Assembly: GCA_964648715.1 (NCBI GenBank)
Contig: CAZYNM010000007.1
Location: 1,436 to 65,435 of the forward strand
DNA from: an uncultured Pseudomonadales bacterium
GTDB taxonomy: Bacteria > Patescibacteriota > Microgenomatia > UBA1400 > PJMF01
Direction: 5' to 3'
Length of the DNA: 64,000 bases
Part shown: in pieces, positions 63,391 through 64,000 of the stretch
Numbering within the stretch: position 1 is the stretch's first letter
Layout of the letters: each line of letters begins with the position of its first letter
Notes under the pieces: generated by a model
What the model was told of the DNA's origin: nothing
The model's input: only the letters and a program-made list of their open reading frames with translations
Database searches by the model: none
Position numbers and translations under genes: made by a program

Positions 63391-64000
63391 CTAACCCTGT
63401 TGTGGGGTTAGAACAAGATAGAGGTTGGCGTCACTATTTTTACCATCAGCAGTAAAGCTTTGATGTACTTCCCAGCCAGTTTGTTGAGCAAGATCTAGTG
63501 CTTCTTGATTTGTAAAACTATGACAGTATCGAGGGTATGTTGTTATTCCTTTCCAGCCCAAAAGGGTATCTCCTGGTTCAAGCTCACCGGGATCGATCCC
63601 GTGATCCTCAAGCTTGGCGAGTGGCGTGCGCTCGCTGAGGTGCTTGCCAAACTGCCAAAAGCTCAGGATGACTAGAGTGGTATGTGTTGCATGGGCGCGC
63701 AAGCTGCTCAGGAGTGCTTTCCTTAAGTTTTGAGAGGGAATGTGATGCATAAGCCCAAATGCTGCTACTACCGCAAAAGCACGATGCAATTCTTGAGGTA
63801 AGTCTTGACTGGTTATAAGTGAGTCCAGGATATCAAGCTGCATAAACTGTGGATTGATATGCTGATAGCTCTGTTTTTTTGCTTGAAGTAAAAGGCTTGT
63901 GGAACTATCAATACCAAGGTAGTCTGGTGCAAATGGAGCAGGAGTAGAAAGCTGATCGAGAAAAACAGCAAAACGTCCATTTCCACAGCCAATATCAAGA
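63391..64000 (-). CDS. Class I SAM-dependent methyltransferase, partial (N-terminus beyond window end)
   Basis: Reading in frame upstream of the listed MQLDILD ORF gives ...LDIGCGNGRFAVFLDQLSTPAPFAPDYLGIDSS... (motif I) with no stop before the window end. Confidence 0.65.
   Translation of the reverse strand, partial: LDIGCGNGRFAVFLDQLSTPAPFAPDYLGIDSSTSLLLQAKKQSYQHINPQFMQLDILDSLITSQDLPQELHRAFAVVAAFGLMHHIPSQNLRKALLSSLRAHATHTTLVILSFWQFGKHLSERTPLAKLEDHGIDPGELEPGDTLLGWKGITTYPRYCHSFTNQEALDLAQQTGWEVHQSFTADGKNSDANLYLVLTPQQG

Noticed and set aside
1-64000. CRISPR arrays, rRNA genes, tmRNA/RNase P
   Set aside because: No regularly spaced short direct repeats and no recognisable conserved cores of these RNAs were seen on either strand.

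Overview
This is a gene-dense bacterial window with a reduced-genome (CPR/Patescibacteria-like) flavour: compact overlapping operons, many hypothetical proteins, and tRNAs mostly without encoded CCA. Standard genetic code; no CRISPR array and no rRNA seen.

Left arm (1-19.7 kb), almost entirely minus strand:
- a partial polytopic membrane gene running off the window start
- mnmA
- an 8-gene peptide-ligase/peptidase operon: two tandem FemAB/CelD-like GNAT-like paralogs, a DUF1704 (QEGLA/MATCAP-like) HExxH protein, two tandem cyanophycin-synthetase-like ATP-grasp ligases, a second DUF1704-like HExxH protein, a RimK-like (alpha-L-glutamate-ligase-like) ATP-grasp with a C-terminal extension, and a 7TM membrane protein
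- a small PF04020-like membrane protein
- uvrC (truncated, overlapping its upstream neighbour)
- a secreted transglutaminase-like protein with an intact Cys-His-Asp core
- uvrA and uvrB

Middle (19.7-45 kb):
- CofE-like gamma-glutamyl ligase, a third GNAT (Acetyltransf_6-like), PduO-type cobalamin adenosyltransferase, a histidine phosphatase, lexA
- a glycolytic string: gpmI, eno, a PEP-utilizing-enzyme-like protein, PGI/PMI, PGM
- holA, a DUF45/M48-like protein, tRNA-Leu
- a block of secreted carbohydrate-active proteins: SLT-like, a clan GH-A hydrolase, a PL7 alginate-lyase-like protein with an FN3 tail, a GH128-like protein with two tandem beta-sandwich repeats
- greA and a receiver-like protein
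- a 4-gene cluster: tyrosine-phosphatase-like, an unusual CX2CX2C radical-SAM-like protein, a fused ComDE-type TPP decarboxylase, a SAM methyltransferase

Right part (45-64 kb), AT-richer:
- methyltransferase, a large GT-C-like membrane protein, a kinase-like hypothetical
- a tRNA-Lys(CTT) integration hotspot with three decayed tRNA-3'-end copies and a 47-bp direct repeat. Its three insertion segments carry a small secreted Cys-rich protein, an AbiEii/AbiEi-like toxin-antitoxin pair, and a MoxR AAA+ / VWA(CoxE-like) pair with a divergent 525-aa protein
- a tRNA cluster (Arg, Leu x2, Val, Phe, Gly, Gln), a cytidylate-kinase-like protein, two iron-transport-like small membrane proteins (Fet4-like and VIT), an unusual VKOR-dihydroorotate dehydrogenase fusion, and a partial methyltransferase at the window end

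The most interesting candidate system is the expanded ATP-grasp / DUF1704(MATCAP-like) / GNAT / 7TM operon at 2.5-10.9 kb.
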